DNA from: Eledone cirrhosa
Lineage: Eukaryota
Length of the DNA: 64,000 nt
Direction: 5' to 3'
Assembly (NCBI GenBank): GCA_964016885.1
Contig: OZ024759.1
Span: 26,536,001-26,600,000, forward strand
In this document: in pieces, positions 42,590 through 58,365 of the stretch
Layout: every line of letters begins with the position of its first letter
Numbering within the stretch: position 1 is the first letter of the stretch
Notes under the pieces: model-generated
Told to the model about the DNA's origin: nothing
The model's input: the letters and a program-made list of their open reading frames with translations, nothing else
Database searches by the model: none
Program-made: the position numbers and the translations under genes

Positions 42590-43600
42590 ACCTTACTGAT
42601 ATGCGACGTCAGGGAGACTGGCCTATAGTTCTTGGCCTCCGCTCTACTACCTCCTTTATGGATAGGGCATATTGTGCCTTCTTTCAGCTCCCTGGGTAGT
42701 ATACCGCTAGCTAAGGAGCTTCTGAAGAGCATCTTCAGTGGAGTTGCTAAGGCCCGCTTACATATTTTTAGGAGAACTGCTGGGAATCCATCAGGTCCAG
42801 CAGCCGAGTCTGTTCTAATTTCATCAATGGCGTACACCACATCCTCCTCCGTTATGTCTATGTGGTTGATGGTTGCCATTTCTTGATGTAGTGTTGTGGC
42901 ATCAAAGAACTCCTCTGGCTTCGTTATTTGCATGTGCCTCAGTGGACATGTGAAGACACTTTTGTACTGTTCGTTCAGTATTTCACATATCTCTTGGGGA
43001 TTTTCGGTTAATGAACCGTCCGTGTGGAAGAGTGGTCCAATATTGCAGTGTACTGAGGCAGTTTCTTTTGCAAATTTAAAGAAGGCCTTAGGGTTTGTTT
43101 TAATGTTTTCTATGGCCCTGTTCTCTTTCCTTGCCCTCTCATTCTCATGTGAAAGCTTGAGTGCAATCTCGGTGTCAAGTAGTGCACCTTTCAAATAGGA
43201 TTCCTTCTTGTTTTGGTTTTGTTGACTATTCAACTGGTTTGAGAGTTTAGTTCTACGTCTCATAAGGATTTTCTTATCTCTGGGAATAAGATTTTTGTGT
43301 TTGTTTGCCTCTTTCTCCGGGACACACTTTTTGCATATGGTGTGTATCGTTGTCATGAAGTGTTGAAATTGTGTGTTAGTGTCTTGTGTGGCGATGTTTG
43401 CACTCCATGTTTGCTTCCGGATTTCACTCTTAATCTTCTTCCAGTCAGCCCCGTAGAAGTTAAGGCTGGATAGCGTCCCGGAGCTTCTTGGTGGTTTTGT
43501 CTCTGTTGGTTCTCTTGGACCACATATCATTAGCTCTACCAAGTTATGATCCGAGAGAATTGTTGGTGTCACCTTTACATTGTGGATGAGCACTTCGTTG
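42590..43600 (-). mobile_element. CR1-clade LINE, inverted 5' segment (endonuclease end to RT start)
   Basis: Open frame with SDHNLV (APE C-terminus), AGPDGFPA..LK and PIHKGG...KNYRPVSLTSHISKV. Confidence 0.9.
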
Positions 43601-44329
43601 GATGATGCATCTTTTTCTTCACATATCATGAAGGTGGCGACAGCATGTAGACGATTCGCTGGCTGGATCTTGAGGACTTTCCTTACAAGAGATCGAGACA
43701 CCATGTTGACACTGTGGAGGACTTTTGTCTTAAGCCGCCTGGACTACTGCTCCCAGCTGTGGTCACCCCATAGTGTCAAACTAACCACAGAGCTTGAGGC
43801 AATCCAGCGAAGCTACACCAAGAGGATTGCCAAGATGAGGGAGACAAGCTACTGGGAGAGGCTGAAGGAACTGAACCTCTACTCCTTGGAGCGAAGACGG
43901 GAGAGATACGCAGTGATCTACATGTGGAAAATCCTGGAGGGACTAGCACCAAACTTTGGCATTGGGAGCTGGACCAACCGTCGAACAGGACGTCACTGTG
44001 TGGTGCCAAAGGTCCCGTCTTCCACATCTAGAATAAGGAGCAGGTATTGCAATAGCCTGGGATTCAAGGGCCCTCAACTCTTCAACAGGCTGCCGAGGCA
44101 TCTGCGAGACTTGCATGACGTGGAGGTGGATGTCTTTAAGAAACATCTCGACACCTTGTTATCCAGGATCCCGGATGAGCCCACAGCAAGACACGAGGGA
44201 AACCTAAGGGCAGCAGCAACAAACTCCCTCCTACACCAGTGGCCAACCTATACAGGCTGGAGATAAAATGTGTAGCAACAAGGGCGGTGCCCCAGCATGG
44301 CCTCAGCCGGATGGCTGAAACAGGTAAAA

Positions 44330-44331
<2 letters not shown>
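43598..44331 (+). mobile_element. CR1-clade LINE 3' segment
   Basis: LDYCSQLWSP...YWERLKELNLYSLERRRER is the typical CR1 C-terminal region. The 3' UTR cccagcatggcctcagccggatggctgaaac runs into (TA)n. A 3'-UTR-only copy lies at 53206-53251 (-). Confidence 0.9.
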
Positions 44332-45716
<1,385 letters not shown>

Positions 45717-46506
45717 GTTGTCTAGCAATCGATGTGCTATTGTTATGGGGTTTGTAGGAATACGAAACGTCGGAAATAACTGTCATTAGAGTCGATTGCT
45801 ATAAATAATAGCTAAAATCTCGTGTAAAATCCCCCTATTGATGGAAAACGGTAGTTAGCGGCTACTAAGAATGATTGAACTCCATGTCTTTCAAATTCCT
45901 ACTGAGTGCCCCAAATGTTGAACAAAGAACCTCTGTCCACGTTTTATAAATTACAGAACTAAGTCACCTGCTTAGCCCACATCTCCTTATATATCCCAAT
46001 TATATACCCTAATTAACTACACAGTTGTATATTAAAACATATAAACTAAATTATTTGAATTTAATAGGACTCGGATGAGCTATTCTTTTAAGAATGAACT
46101 ATCTTACATTACTGCTTAGTATGGTGAAACTGTCGTAATTCTATGAAATGATTTTATATATATATATATATATTTTTTTTTTTTCTTTCTTGAAAAGCAT
46201 TAGAAATGCGCAACCGGTAAAAACTTAAAACTAAAACTGAATACTAACCAATACTTATTACTAATTTATACTTATTCCTAATTAAAATACTTTTCACTGG
46301 GAAAAGTTTGTCAGCATTTTCTTTCCTTTTTATTGATATATCACAACTCGTGTGTCACACCCCTGTTTTTTTTAAATATATATATATATATTACTCTCTG
46401 AAATTTAGATTGTTTATTGTCCTTCATGTGATGGACTATAAATCATATTGAGCTCCAAATTTTCTAGGCTTTATACACTGTTGTATCGCCAACTAATTCG
46501 AACTTC

Positions 46507-46615
<109 letters not shown>

Positions 46616-46725
46616 GGAAACAATAAACAGAAGTACAAAAAGTCTTATTAGTTTCATGCTTTATATGAAAAAGGGAAAAGAAAGTATATATATATATTTA
46701 TATATATACAAATATAAGTACATGC

Positions 46726-46781
<56 letters not shown>

Positions 46782-46919
46782 CAAGGAAACAATAAACAGA
46801 GGTACAAAAAGTCTTATTAGTTTCATGCTTTATATGAAAAAGGGAAAAGAAAGTATATATATATATTTATATATATATATATATATATATACAAATATAA
46901 GTACATGCATGTATACACG

Positions 46920-47230
46920 CTGACTTAGCCTTCAGATTTATGCCTGTCATTATTATGGCACTGGGATATGCTAGTAACTGCCTCAGCACAAATATTGGGA
47001 AGGTGGACTTCGCAGAGTCAGAAAGAACACCCCAAGTTAGGAGGTTACATGAACAAGCCATTAATGGAACTTTAATAATATGTAAAACATTCCAAACATT
47101 CAGTATATAATAACTGCATATAACATGTATAGATACAAAACATATGCAGGTGCACATATATAACTCAAAGCATAGAGATCAACATATACAAGAACATTCA
47201 CACCTGCACACAGTTGATGTTGTCTAAATT
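46920..47230 (+). mobile_element. R4/Dong-like (RLE) non-LTR retrotransposon 3' remnant
   Basis: Manual translation FRFMPVIIMALGYASNCLSTNIGKVDFAESERTPQVRRLHEQAINGTLIICKTFQTF resembles the restriction-like endonuclease C-terminus (PIIxGALG). Confidence 0.6.
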
Positions 47231-47855
47231 GCAATAAAATGGTTTGTGTCTGTTAGATACCGACTCTATATTGGTAAAAATGTATAAAATATTGAAACCA
47301 GACGAAAAGAATACATGCATACATACATACATACGTACGTACGTACGTACGTGCGTGCGTACATACATATATACATACGCACACACATACATACATAGTA
47401 TAGTGACAATTATAGAAATTTATGAATGATTTGGCAATGATTTCCGTGTAGGCGGTTGCCATATTTGGGCGTTGTGAAATCTTTAACGACACAGCAACAC
47501 GACTGTGTGTGTGTTTGTGCGTGTCTGTGTGCGTCTGTCTGTATATATATTTGTACAAATGTCAATACATACGTATGTGTGACTGTATACGTTTATATAA
47601 ATATATATACGCACACACACACAAAATACACCCACGCAACTTTATAATAGTTTACAAGGTTTCTGTTTGTCTGTATATATATTTGTACAAATGTCAATAC
47701 ATACGTATGTATGACTGTATACGTTTATATATATATATATATATATATATAAAAACGTATACAGTCATACATACGTATGTATTGACATTTGTACAAATAT
47801 ATATACAGACAGACAGAAAGCTTGTAAACTATTATAAAGTTGCGTGGGTGTATTT

Positions 47856-47913
<58 letters not shown>

Positions 47914-48068
47914 GTATATATATATATAAGCAAAAGGGATATTCAATTTGTTGTTAATTCAACAAATATAAATGTTTATAACTCATTCAGAGCACTCGAC
48001 AAATTTTCTGGAGTATAATATTCAATGGTATTAAATAAATGGAAACTATATTTATAAAAGCATATTTA

Positions 48069-48125
48069 TTCTATTATATATATTTCAAGGGTACCAACAA
48101 TTTGGTACGCTTTCATCAGATAAAA
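48069..48125 (-). ncRNA. Minimal hammerhead ribozyme motif (family E)
   Basis: Minus strand reads ttttat CTGATGA aagcgtaccaa-attg-ttggtaccctt GAAAT atat ATA atagaa; homologous to 13465-13523. Confidence 0.75.
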
Positions 48126-48189
48126 TACAAAGTTTGTTTTATAAATTTTGACATAACCAGGAAAAGATACATTAACGGTTCAAGTTTTT

Positions 48190-48756
<567 letters not shown>

Positions 48757-49818
48757 AAGAGAGAGATAGATAGATATCTTTAGACAGACAGACAGACAGA
48801 CAGACACAGAGAGTCATACGCACATTTAAGTGTATGTGTGCCTGATTGTGTAAGTAGGACATCACAAGTGTTACAAGTCACATGAGGATATCCCTTGTGA
48901 GATAACATACAAAATGGCTGCCATCATGAGAAACTTTCTTGTCCGTATTTTTTTTTTCTTTTATGGAATGAAAATCAAGAAGCGCCATGAAGGAAATGTA
49001 GTTCTCACAATAGAGTGAAGGATAGCTGTGTGCGTTTGTCTGTCTGTTTGAGTGTGTGTCTGTCTGTGTGCGTTTGTCTGTCTGTCTGAGTGTGTGTCTG
49101 TCTGTGTCAGCGGTGAATGACTGTGTGGTGAATGTATGTATGTATGTACCTGTGTATGTACGTGTGTATGTATGTACCTGTGTATGTATGTATGTATCTA
49201 CGTACCTGTGTATGTACGTGTGCATTATGTACCTGTGTATATACGTGTGCATGTACGTACCTGTGTATGCATGTATGTACATACGTACGTACATCTGTGT
49301 ATATGTATGTGTGTGTGTATGTGTCTATGTATGTCATTGTATATGTGTATGGATGTAGGGATATATTGATGTGGATGTACGTATGTACGTACCTGTGTAT
49401 GCATGTATTTATGAACGTATGTATGTATGAACGTATGTACGTATTTATGTATCTATGTATGTATATACATATGTACGTACATGTGTATATATGTATGTGT
49501 GCGTTTATGTCAGTGTGTGTGTGTATGGATGTATGGATATATTGATGTGTATGTACGCACAATATGTAGGTAGGTATGTGTATACGTATGTACATACCTG
49601 TGTATATATGTATTATATATGTACATACCTGTGTATACATGTACGTATTTATTTGTGTGTATATGTATGTGTGGATGTACGTACGTGTGTATCTATATAC
49701 ATATGTGTGTATATACGTAAGTGTATATGTGCGTGTGTGTGCACGTGTGCATGTATGAATGTATATATGTATGTACGTACGTACGTCCGTACGTACATAT
49801 GTATATATGTATGTCTGC

Positions 49819-49877
<59 letters not shown>

Positions 49878-50369
49878 TGTGTGAATGTATGAGAAGGTAT
49901 GAGTGTCTATATGTTAATGTGGATGTGTTTGAGTGTGTATGTGAAGGTGCGTGTATATGTTAGTGTGTGTGTATATGTTATTGTGTGTGTACGTAGAGTG
50001 TATGTATATGTGTATCATGCGTGTGAAAATACGAAAACAATCGCCCACATTATTTCACTATAATCTGTTGGACTTCTGCAAGTTACAGACACAAACACAC
50101 ACAAACTCGCACCCACACACTCACACCCACACACTCACAACCACACACCTACACACTCACACCCACACCCACACACTCACACACTCACACCCACACACAC
50201 ATATATAGAAAGAGAGAGAGAGATACACGTACGCACATATATCGATGTGTGTGTGTTTCTGAGCGCGTGTATATCTATGTATATATATAGAAGACAAATA
50301 GAGAGAGAGCGGGAGAGAAAGAGAGAGATAAAGATAGATATATATATACACACACATATATATATATAG

Positions 50370-50752
50370 AATAATGGAGCAATCTGGTGGTACCGATAAT
50401 ATTTACGTTAATTCTTTAAAATTTTCTGTGTAGATAATAAACTCAACCACAAGGATATGATCCGAACGTGGAAAAGCCGAACTCCCACTGTCATCGCCTC
50501 CATCTCTCTCGCCCTCTCCATCTCTCTGTATGGTGATCAAATGGGGTCCCACATGCTGGCCTCCTCACAGCCCCGGCGGACAGAATGGAGAAGGTGTTTC
50601 CCCGGAGAATTATAAGGGAGATGCGCTGGAAGAGCCATTCGATCTCGCGAGGCTCACACCTGCCTATGGTGGTGAGTAGGGAAGTAGCTCTAAGGCCAAA
50701 GACACCAGAAGTCTCCACTGCCAAGGGAACGACCGCAAACCTGTGCCTTCCT
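50370..50752 (-). mobile_element. CRE-like (RLE) non-LTR retrotransposon 3' remnant
   Basis: FAVVPLAVETSGVFG...WLFQRISLIILRGNTFSIL matches the CRE-type C-terminal pattern. Bounded by TAGA/TAGG and TA repeats. Confidence 0.7.
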
Positions 50753-50814
50753 TATAGATAGATAGGAAGGTAGGTAGGTAGGTAGGTAGGTAGAGAGAGG
50801 ATGGGAAGAAATGT

Positions 50815-51336
50815 TAATTTTTCGAGGGATTAAGCAACACATGTGAAGGGAAGTGTCTTCTTCTACCGAGATTTGGAACCGTATCTTCATTATAAACAAC
50901 ACTCTGCTGGACGGGGTTCGAACTCCTGTCACTTTGCGAGGTCACTATCTCACAGGATGTCAACGGTGTGGTCATGACTGGAACGACTTTGGTGCCAGAG
51001 ATGGAGAAGTACTCCTGGGGAGAGGAATGGCAACATGCATGCGTGGTACCGTAACTCCCGAGGAAGTGGTGTTTATTGCGTTGATGGCGATGATGATGGT
51101 GGTAGTGGTGGGTGTGTTGATGGTGATAATGTGAATGGTGATGCTCTTGATGATGGTGTTGTTGATGATGACGATGATGATGATGATAATGATGATAATG
51201 ATGATGATGATGATGTTGATAATATTGTGGAAAGTGTTGCTGTTGATGATAATGATGATGATGATGCGGCTGTTGATAATCATGGTGATGATGATGATGA
51301 TGATGATGATGAGAGAAGAAGGTGGAGGGACAATAT
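50815..51336 (-). other. Candidate His/Gln-rich coding segment (possible terminal exon)
   Basis: Stop-free frame of about 170 codons: poly-H/Q/Y, then about 85 aa of complex sequence (FLGSYGTTHACCHSSPQEYFSISGTKVVPVMTTPLTSCEIVTSQSDRSSNPVQQSVVYNEDTVPNLGRRRHFPSHVLLNPSKN-stop). No recognisable domain and no convincing start or acceptor. Confidence 0.25.
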
Positions 51337-52227
51337 CACGTGATTACATTTAAAATTCAGAATTCCTTGATTAAAGATGTCATTATTTCTTAATTTAGAT
51401 TTTAACTTTTCTTATTCGTCACCATTTTATTTTTCTTTAAATATTTTATCATTTCTAGGTTTGTTGTTGTTGTTGTTTTTTGTTGTTTGTCGTGGTGTTA
51501 TTGGTGCTGTTGTTGTTGTTGGTGGTGGTGGTGGTGTTGTTGTTGTTGTAGGTGGTGGTGTTGTTGTTGATGTTGTAGGTGCTGTTGTTGTTGATGTTGG
51601 TGTTGTTGGTGTTCGTGGTGTTCGTGTTGTTGTTGGTGGTGGTGGTGGTCTTGGTGTTATGTGGTGGTGGTGTGTGCTGTTGGTGGTGGTAGTGTTGTGT
51701 GGTGGTGGTGGTGGTAGTGTTGTGTGGTGGTGGTCTTGTGTGGCGCAGATTGAGGAAGAAAACCCTGAGAACGGAAACTAAGATGATGATGTTGAAAGAT
51801 ATGATCTGTTCAATTTGACGTTTGGACATCTTCCATGGAGATAAACATCCATGAAACACATGCAGTCAACAAATACACACACAGACACACACAGACACAC
51901 ATAGACACACATAGACACACACAGACACACACATACACGCACACACACGCACACACAGACGAACACACGCACACACACACACACGCACACGCGCACACAT
52001 GCACACACACACATACACACATACACATACATAGACACATATCAACTCACACACAGACACAGACAGATACATATCAACGCACACACACATATATATATAC
52101 ATATATACATACACGCATGCAGTCAACAAATATATGACAGCTCACATTCTACATTTTTTTTTTTTATTCGATCGACTTTCGTCAAATCGGACCGAGGAAA
52201 CAATGTTTTTGTCGGTCTTTCCAGTTG

Positions 52228-52294
<67 letters not shown>

Positions 52295-52351
52295 ACTACA
52301 ACGAATTAGTAACCAAACGATATAATCTTTGATGATTCAACTCAATTGAAT

Positions 52352-52398
<47 letters not shown>

Positions 52399-52959
52399 AC
52401 TAAAAATTTCAAGTCTATGAAAAATGTCGCATGAGATGCCTCATAGTAGAAACGAATTGAGGCAAATATTTTGCAAAACTCATTTCGGCCATGTTGAATC
52501 CACCTACTAATTAGGTGGATTCAACATGGCCGAAAACAATTAGTGATCGCTAACGAGTAAAACAACTTACTAATTACTTTCTATATCGCATTAACTAATA
52601 TTCAGTTAATTGGCCGGGTTTTAATTCTTTGATGTCACATAGAGACATCAAAGAACTATCATATTTAACTGAAATTCCCTAATGAATTACTGGTACACTG
52701 ATTAGTTTTGCATGATTAACTAATTATGAAATATGTGGAACTATTGTTAAATTTTGTAGGGATGAGGGATTACTGACATTCACCAATGTAAATCACGAAT
52801 ATCCCATGATCCCTTTCTCTTTCTTTCTGTCTATATATCTCTCACCTTCTTTCTCCCTTCCTTTCTTTCTCTCTCTCTTTCTCTCCCGCCCCCGTATGTC
52901 TTTCTCTATCTCCCTATTTCTCTTTTCCTACGCACGCACACACACACACATACCCACCC

Positions 52960-53015
<56 letters not shown>

Positions 53016-53030
53016 CTGTGTGTGCGTGTA

Positions 53031-53158
53031 TAAAGAGAGTCAGCATCCCGACGGCTGAGCTCCGGCCGTTTCGACAGCTGGAACCGAACGCTGCTACTCT
53101 AAGTATCGAATACTCTGGTACGTTATGGTCCACCTGGTTACTTACCACACTTCCTTTG

Positions 53159-53160
<2 letters not shown>
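53031..53160 (+). mobile_element. Family B-related element, inverted head plus tail
   Basis: Inverted cccgacggctgagctccggccgtttcgacagctgg joined to the family tail, ending in (TA)n. Confidence 0.6.
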
Positions 53161-53210
<50 letters not shown>

Positions 53211-53258
53211 TTTTACCTAATCCAACCATCCGGCTGGAGGCCATGCTGGGACATACAC

Positions 53259-53300
<42 letters not shown>

Positions 53301-53302
<2 letters not shown>

Positions 53303-54022
53303 CGAAGGAAATGTGGTAAGGAACCAGGTGGACCATAACGCACCAAAGTACTCAATACTTGAGGTAGTAGAGTGGGTAATAGGAACCAGTAAGACCCCGA
53401 CAGCTGAGCTCAAGCCGTTTCGACGGCTAATTCTGGACTCAGAATTAGTCCAGAATTACTCAGAATTACTCAGAATTAGTCCAGAATTAGTCCAGAATTA
53501 CTCAGAATTACTCAGAATTAGTCCAGAATTAGTCCAGAATTACTCAGAATTACTCAGAATTAGTCCAGAATTAGTCTCAGAATTACTCAGAATTACTCAG
53601 AATTAGTCCAGAATTAGTCCAGAATTACTCAGAATTACTCAGAATTAGTCCAGAATTAGTCCAGAATTACTCAGAATTACTCAGAATTAGTCCAGAATTA
53701 GTCCAGAATTAGTCCAGAATTACTCAGAATTACTCAGAATTAGTCCAGAATTAGTCCAGAATTACTCAGAATTACTCAGAATTAGTCCAGAATTAGTCCA
53801 GAATTACTCAGAATTACTCAGAATTAGTCCAGAATTAGTCCAGAATTAGTCCAGAATTACTCAGAATTACTCAGAATTAGTCCAGAATTAGTCTCAGAAT
53901 TACTCAGAATTAGTCCAGAATTAGTCTCAGAATTACTCAGAATTAGTCTCAGAATTACTCAGAATTAGTCCAGAATTAGCCGTCGAAACGGCTTGAGCTC
54001 AGCTGTCGGGGTCTTACTGGTT

Positions 54023-54026
<4 letters not shown>
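53301..54026 (-). mobile_element. Fold-back element, family B, with tandem array at the apex
   Basis: Tail and arms match the other B copies; the arms are separated by a 531-bp array. Confidence 0.8.
53441..53971. repeat. Variant-unit minisatellite (AGAATTAGTCC / AGAATTACTC / AGAATTAGTCTC)
   Basis: Counted by eye: 23 x 11 bp, 23 x 10 bp and 4 x 12 bp, totalling 531 bp. Mostly a 42-bp 2+2 higher-order period. Confidence 0.95.
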
Positions 54027-54059
<33 letters not shown>

Positions 54060-54107
54060 GTATGTATATATGTATATGTATGTATATATATAGGTATATG
54101 TATGTAT

Positions 54108-54680
54108 CCCAGTACAACCTGTCTCATGGTCGGGTCGTTGGCGACTAAACTGGCAACCCCACCAAGGTTTCTTGGTGAGGAGGGTGACTTTGGACATCCT
54201 GCAGGACTAAAAACAAAACCTGTCAAAGGGCAAAGGAGCTCTTAAGAGTCAATGGCCATCCAAAATCACCGGGAGAGATGACCCCTTAGCCTTTGTCAAG
54301 GCAGAATTCTAGGAGAAGGAAAACTCTGATATAACACCTGCAACCCTGATGGTATCCAATGATGTTGACTTGTTCTTCTTTTTGGTAAATATCATCTTGG
54401 TTAAGAGAGTGGGACTGGCTTTGTGCAGTGCCTTTGCTCACTATAAAAGCTTCACGGCACAGGCATTGCTTTATATCTGGAGATCTCTGCACTTGTCGTC
54501 ACAGGGTACCATGGGCCCAGCACTATGTGTCAATAATTGTCACAAGTGTAGTGTTTGTACCAGAGTTTTCAAGTCGCTGGCTGGAATAAAAAGTCACATT
54601 CGTTCAGCGCATCGGTAGGGGTTCTCCTACATGGATATAAAGTAGTGGCCGTACTCGAAAACGAGTTGGCAGCCACCATA
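54108..54680 (+). mobile_element. RTE-like remnant ending in a C2H2 finger
   Basis: [23 protein letters not shown]-stop followed by a short UTR and (TATG)n. The upstream part resembles an RTE 5' region (weaker evidence). Confidence 0.55.
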
Positions 54681-55113
54681 TGTATGTATATATATAGGTA
54701 TATGTATGTATATATATAGGTATATGCATGTATATGCATGTGTATATATATATATATGTATATATGTATATGCATGTATATATATATGCTTGTATATATG
54801 TATATATATATACACACATATATGCATGTTTATATATATATAGAGAGAGAGAGTGACAGATGTGTATGTATGTATGTATATGTATCTATATATAAATATA
54901 TTGATATATATATAGAGAAGTGTGTGTGTGTGTGTGTGCGTGTGTGTGTGTGTGTGTGAAAGCATACATAAATGTTTACATGTACCCAAATATTATACAT
55001 GTGATATTAAACGAAACAATTAATGGCCGCCCATCCAATCGTAGTGAAACTATAACGTCCGGTTACAGACAAACTTATAGATCGATATTATAATTATGTA
55101 TCTCTCTCTCTCT

Positions 55114-56236
<1,123 letters not shown>

Positions 56237-56679
56237 GTTTTTGTGTGGTAGCAGAGATAGACATTTAAAAATCTAAAACAAAGTAAAACAAGAAAAATCG
56301 ATGAATCCTTTTTTCTGTGTTCAGTTGACAGTGACTGTAACATAACTTGTATAGAGGAAAGTAGAAAGAATAAACATCATAAATTAATTAGGGTTTATTG
56401 CTAGGCCTTTTATGATCTATCTATTAATCTATCTATGTATCGGTCTGTCTGGGTGTCTGTATGTATGTATGAATGTATGTATGTTTAACTATGTAGCTAG
56501 CTATCTATCTGTCTATATATATAGTGTGTCAGTCTGTCTGTCTGTCTGTCTATATATCTGTCTATATATATATATATCCGTCTCTCTGTATGTCTATATA
56601 TCTATCTATCTCTCTGTCTATCTGTCTACCTATTTGTATGTCTGTCTGTCTATTTGTCTGTCTATTTGTCTGTCTGTCT

Positions 56680-57035
56680 GAGTGGAGAGAGAGGGGTGCT
56701 ACACCCCAGTAAATTCGCTGAAAGGTGGGTGAATGTGGCGAAAATGGCCCGGGTGAATGGGCCTTCTCTGTATATAAACCTGTAGGTTGAGGAAGATAAA
56801 CAGAGGGAAGACGGGAACACATACAAAACGTGTTCCTGGTGTTGAGAGTTGTTTTATCCACGGAGTGTAAAACAACCCCACAGTAGCGTTAGCCCCGCCC
56901 CCTAATGGGGATTTCAATTGTTTTATTTTTATATAGTTTATTGTTATTTATCATTGTTAAAGATTTTATGTAAAAACCGCGCCGTCACGTCTTGTCATGT
57001 CCCATTTTTGTGCGCCCCTGTGGCAAATAAAGAAA
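56680..57035 (+). mobile_element. Tx1-like LINE 3' fragment
   Basis: Homologous ORF end; ends cccctgtggcaaataaagaaa then gatatctatc, within a TCTA/TCTG repeat region. Confidence 0.75.
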
Positions 57036-57044
57036 GATATCTAT

Positions 57045-57225
57045 CGTTTCTGCTTTTGGCACAAGGCCAGCAATTATCCCAGTGCATTACTGGTACTTTA
57101 TTTTATCGACCCCGTAATGATGAAAGACAAAGCTAACCTCGGCGGGATTTGAACTCAGAACGTAAAGTGCCATAACTCTATGCTGCAAAGCATGGCATCT
57201 GACGCTCTACCGATACTGCCAAGCC
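57045..57225 (-). mobile_element. SINE S1
   Basis: Same core and head. Older copies at about 58920-59100 and 59510-59650. Confidence 0.85.
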
Positions 57226-57753
57226 ACTGCCCTATCTATTTATCTATCTATCTGCCTGCCTGCCTGCCTGTCTGTCTGTTTATCTGCCTATCTATCTGTT
57301 TCTATCTATCAACCTCTCTCTTTTTCTCTGACTCTTTCTATCAATCTCTCACTCCCTTCTCTCTCTCTCTTTCTTTCTCTCTTTCTCTCTCTCATATTTA
57401 TTTGATTACATATCCTTCGCCAAACATTGATTCAATCACCAGAGTGATTCTTTAATATTTACACTGTTTATGAATATATATCTGTGTGTGTATATATACA
57501 TACGTGAGTGTGTGTGAGGGAGAGAGAGCGAAAGTGTGTGTGTGTGGGTGCACCTGTAGGAATATATAACGTGAGTATGTGTGTATGTGCATACGTGAGT
57601 GTAAGCATGTCTGTATGTGTGTGAGAGAGAGAAAGTGTGTGTGTAAGTGCACCTGTAAGAATATTAATAGATATCGTGTGTGTGTGTATGCGTGAGTGTA
57701 AGCATGTCTGTATGTGAGAGAGAGAGAGAGAGAGAATACGTGTACCTGTATGA

Positions 57754-57813
<60 letters not shown>

Positions 57814-58065
57814 TATTTCTAAAATCAATCAGTCGGAATTATCGCCACCTGAATACTGATAGTCTTTTATGATTTCTCTCCCTTGCAATATATGATCTTG
57901 GTAATAATGATGTAACTGCAATATAAATATAATAGTGTTGATGATGACGACGACGACGACGGTGTATGAGTGTATGTGTATTATCGTACCTCTTATAGTG
58001 GTAAGTGGCAAGAGTTTCTCATGAGAGCTGGACAGCAGTAGGTCTTCATATAAGGGTAAATTAAC

Positions 58066-58306
58066 GGTAGAGACCCCTTTGTAATCTGAAAGTTTCTCAT
58101 CCGAGGTACAAGTCCGAGCAAGGTTGTTTATAGAAGACTAACAATCGCCCATTTAATCCGGTCTCCCTTCTCCACATCCCAGGTATTGTTCAAGGGAAAG
58201 GCAAAGGCTGATGATACAGCTTGGCACCAGTGACATCGCAACCCATTTCTACAACTGAGTAAATTGGAGCCACGGGAAATAAAGTGACTTGTTCAAAAAC
58301 ACAACG

Positions 58307-58310
<4 letters not shown>
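58066..58310 (-). mobile_element. SINE family S3
   Basis: Shares a CORE-like segment with S2 and the body with 9128-9346. Confidence 0.7.

Positions 58311-58365
<55 letters not shown>

Noticed and set aside
53441-53971. CRISPR array or telomere
   Set aside because: There are no unique spacers and no cas genes, and the context is eukaryotic. The units are not TTAGGG and are enclosed by element arms. The ELVQNYS peptide repeat is a by-product.
54520-54618. Host C2H2 zinc-finger gene
   Set aside because: A single terminal finger followed by a short UTR and simple-repeat tail fits an RTE-type LINE end better.
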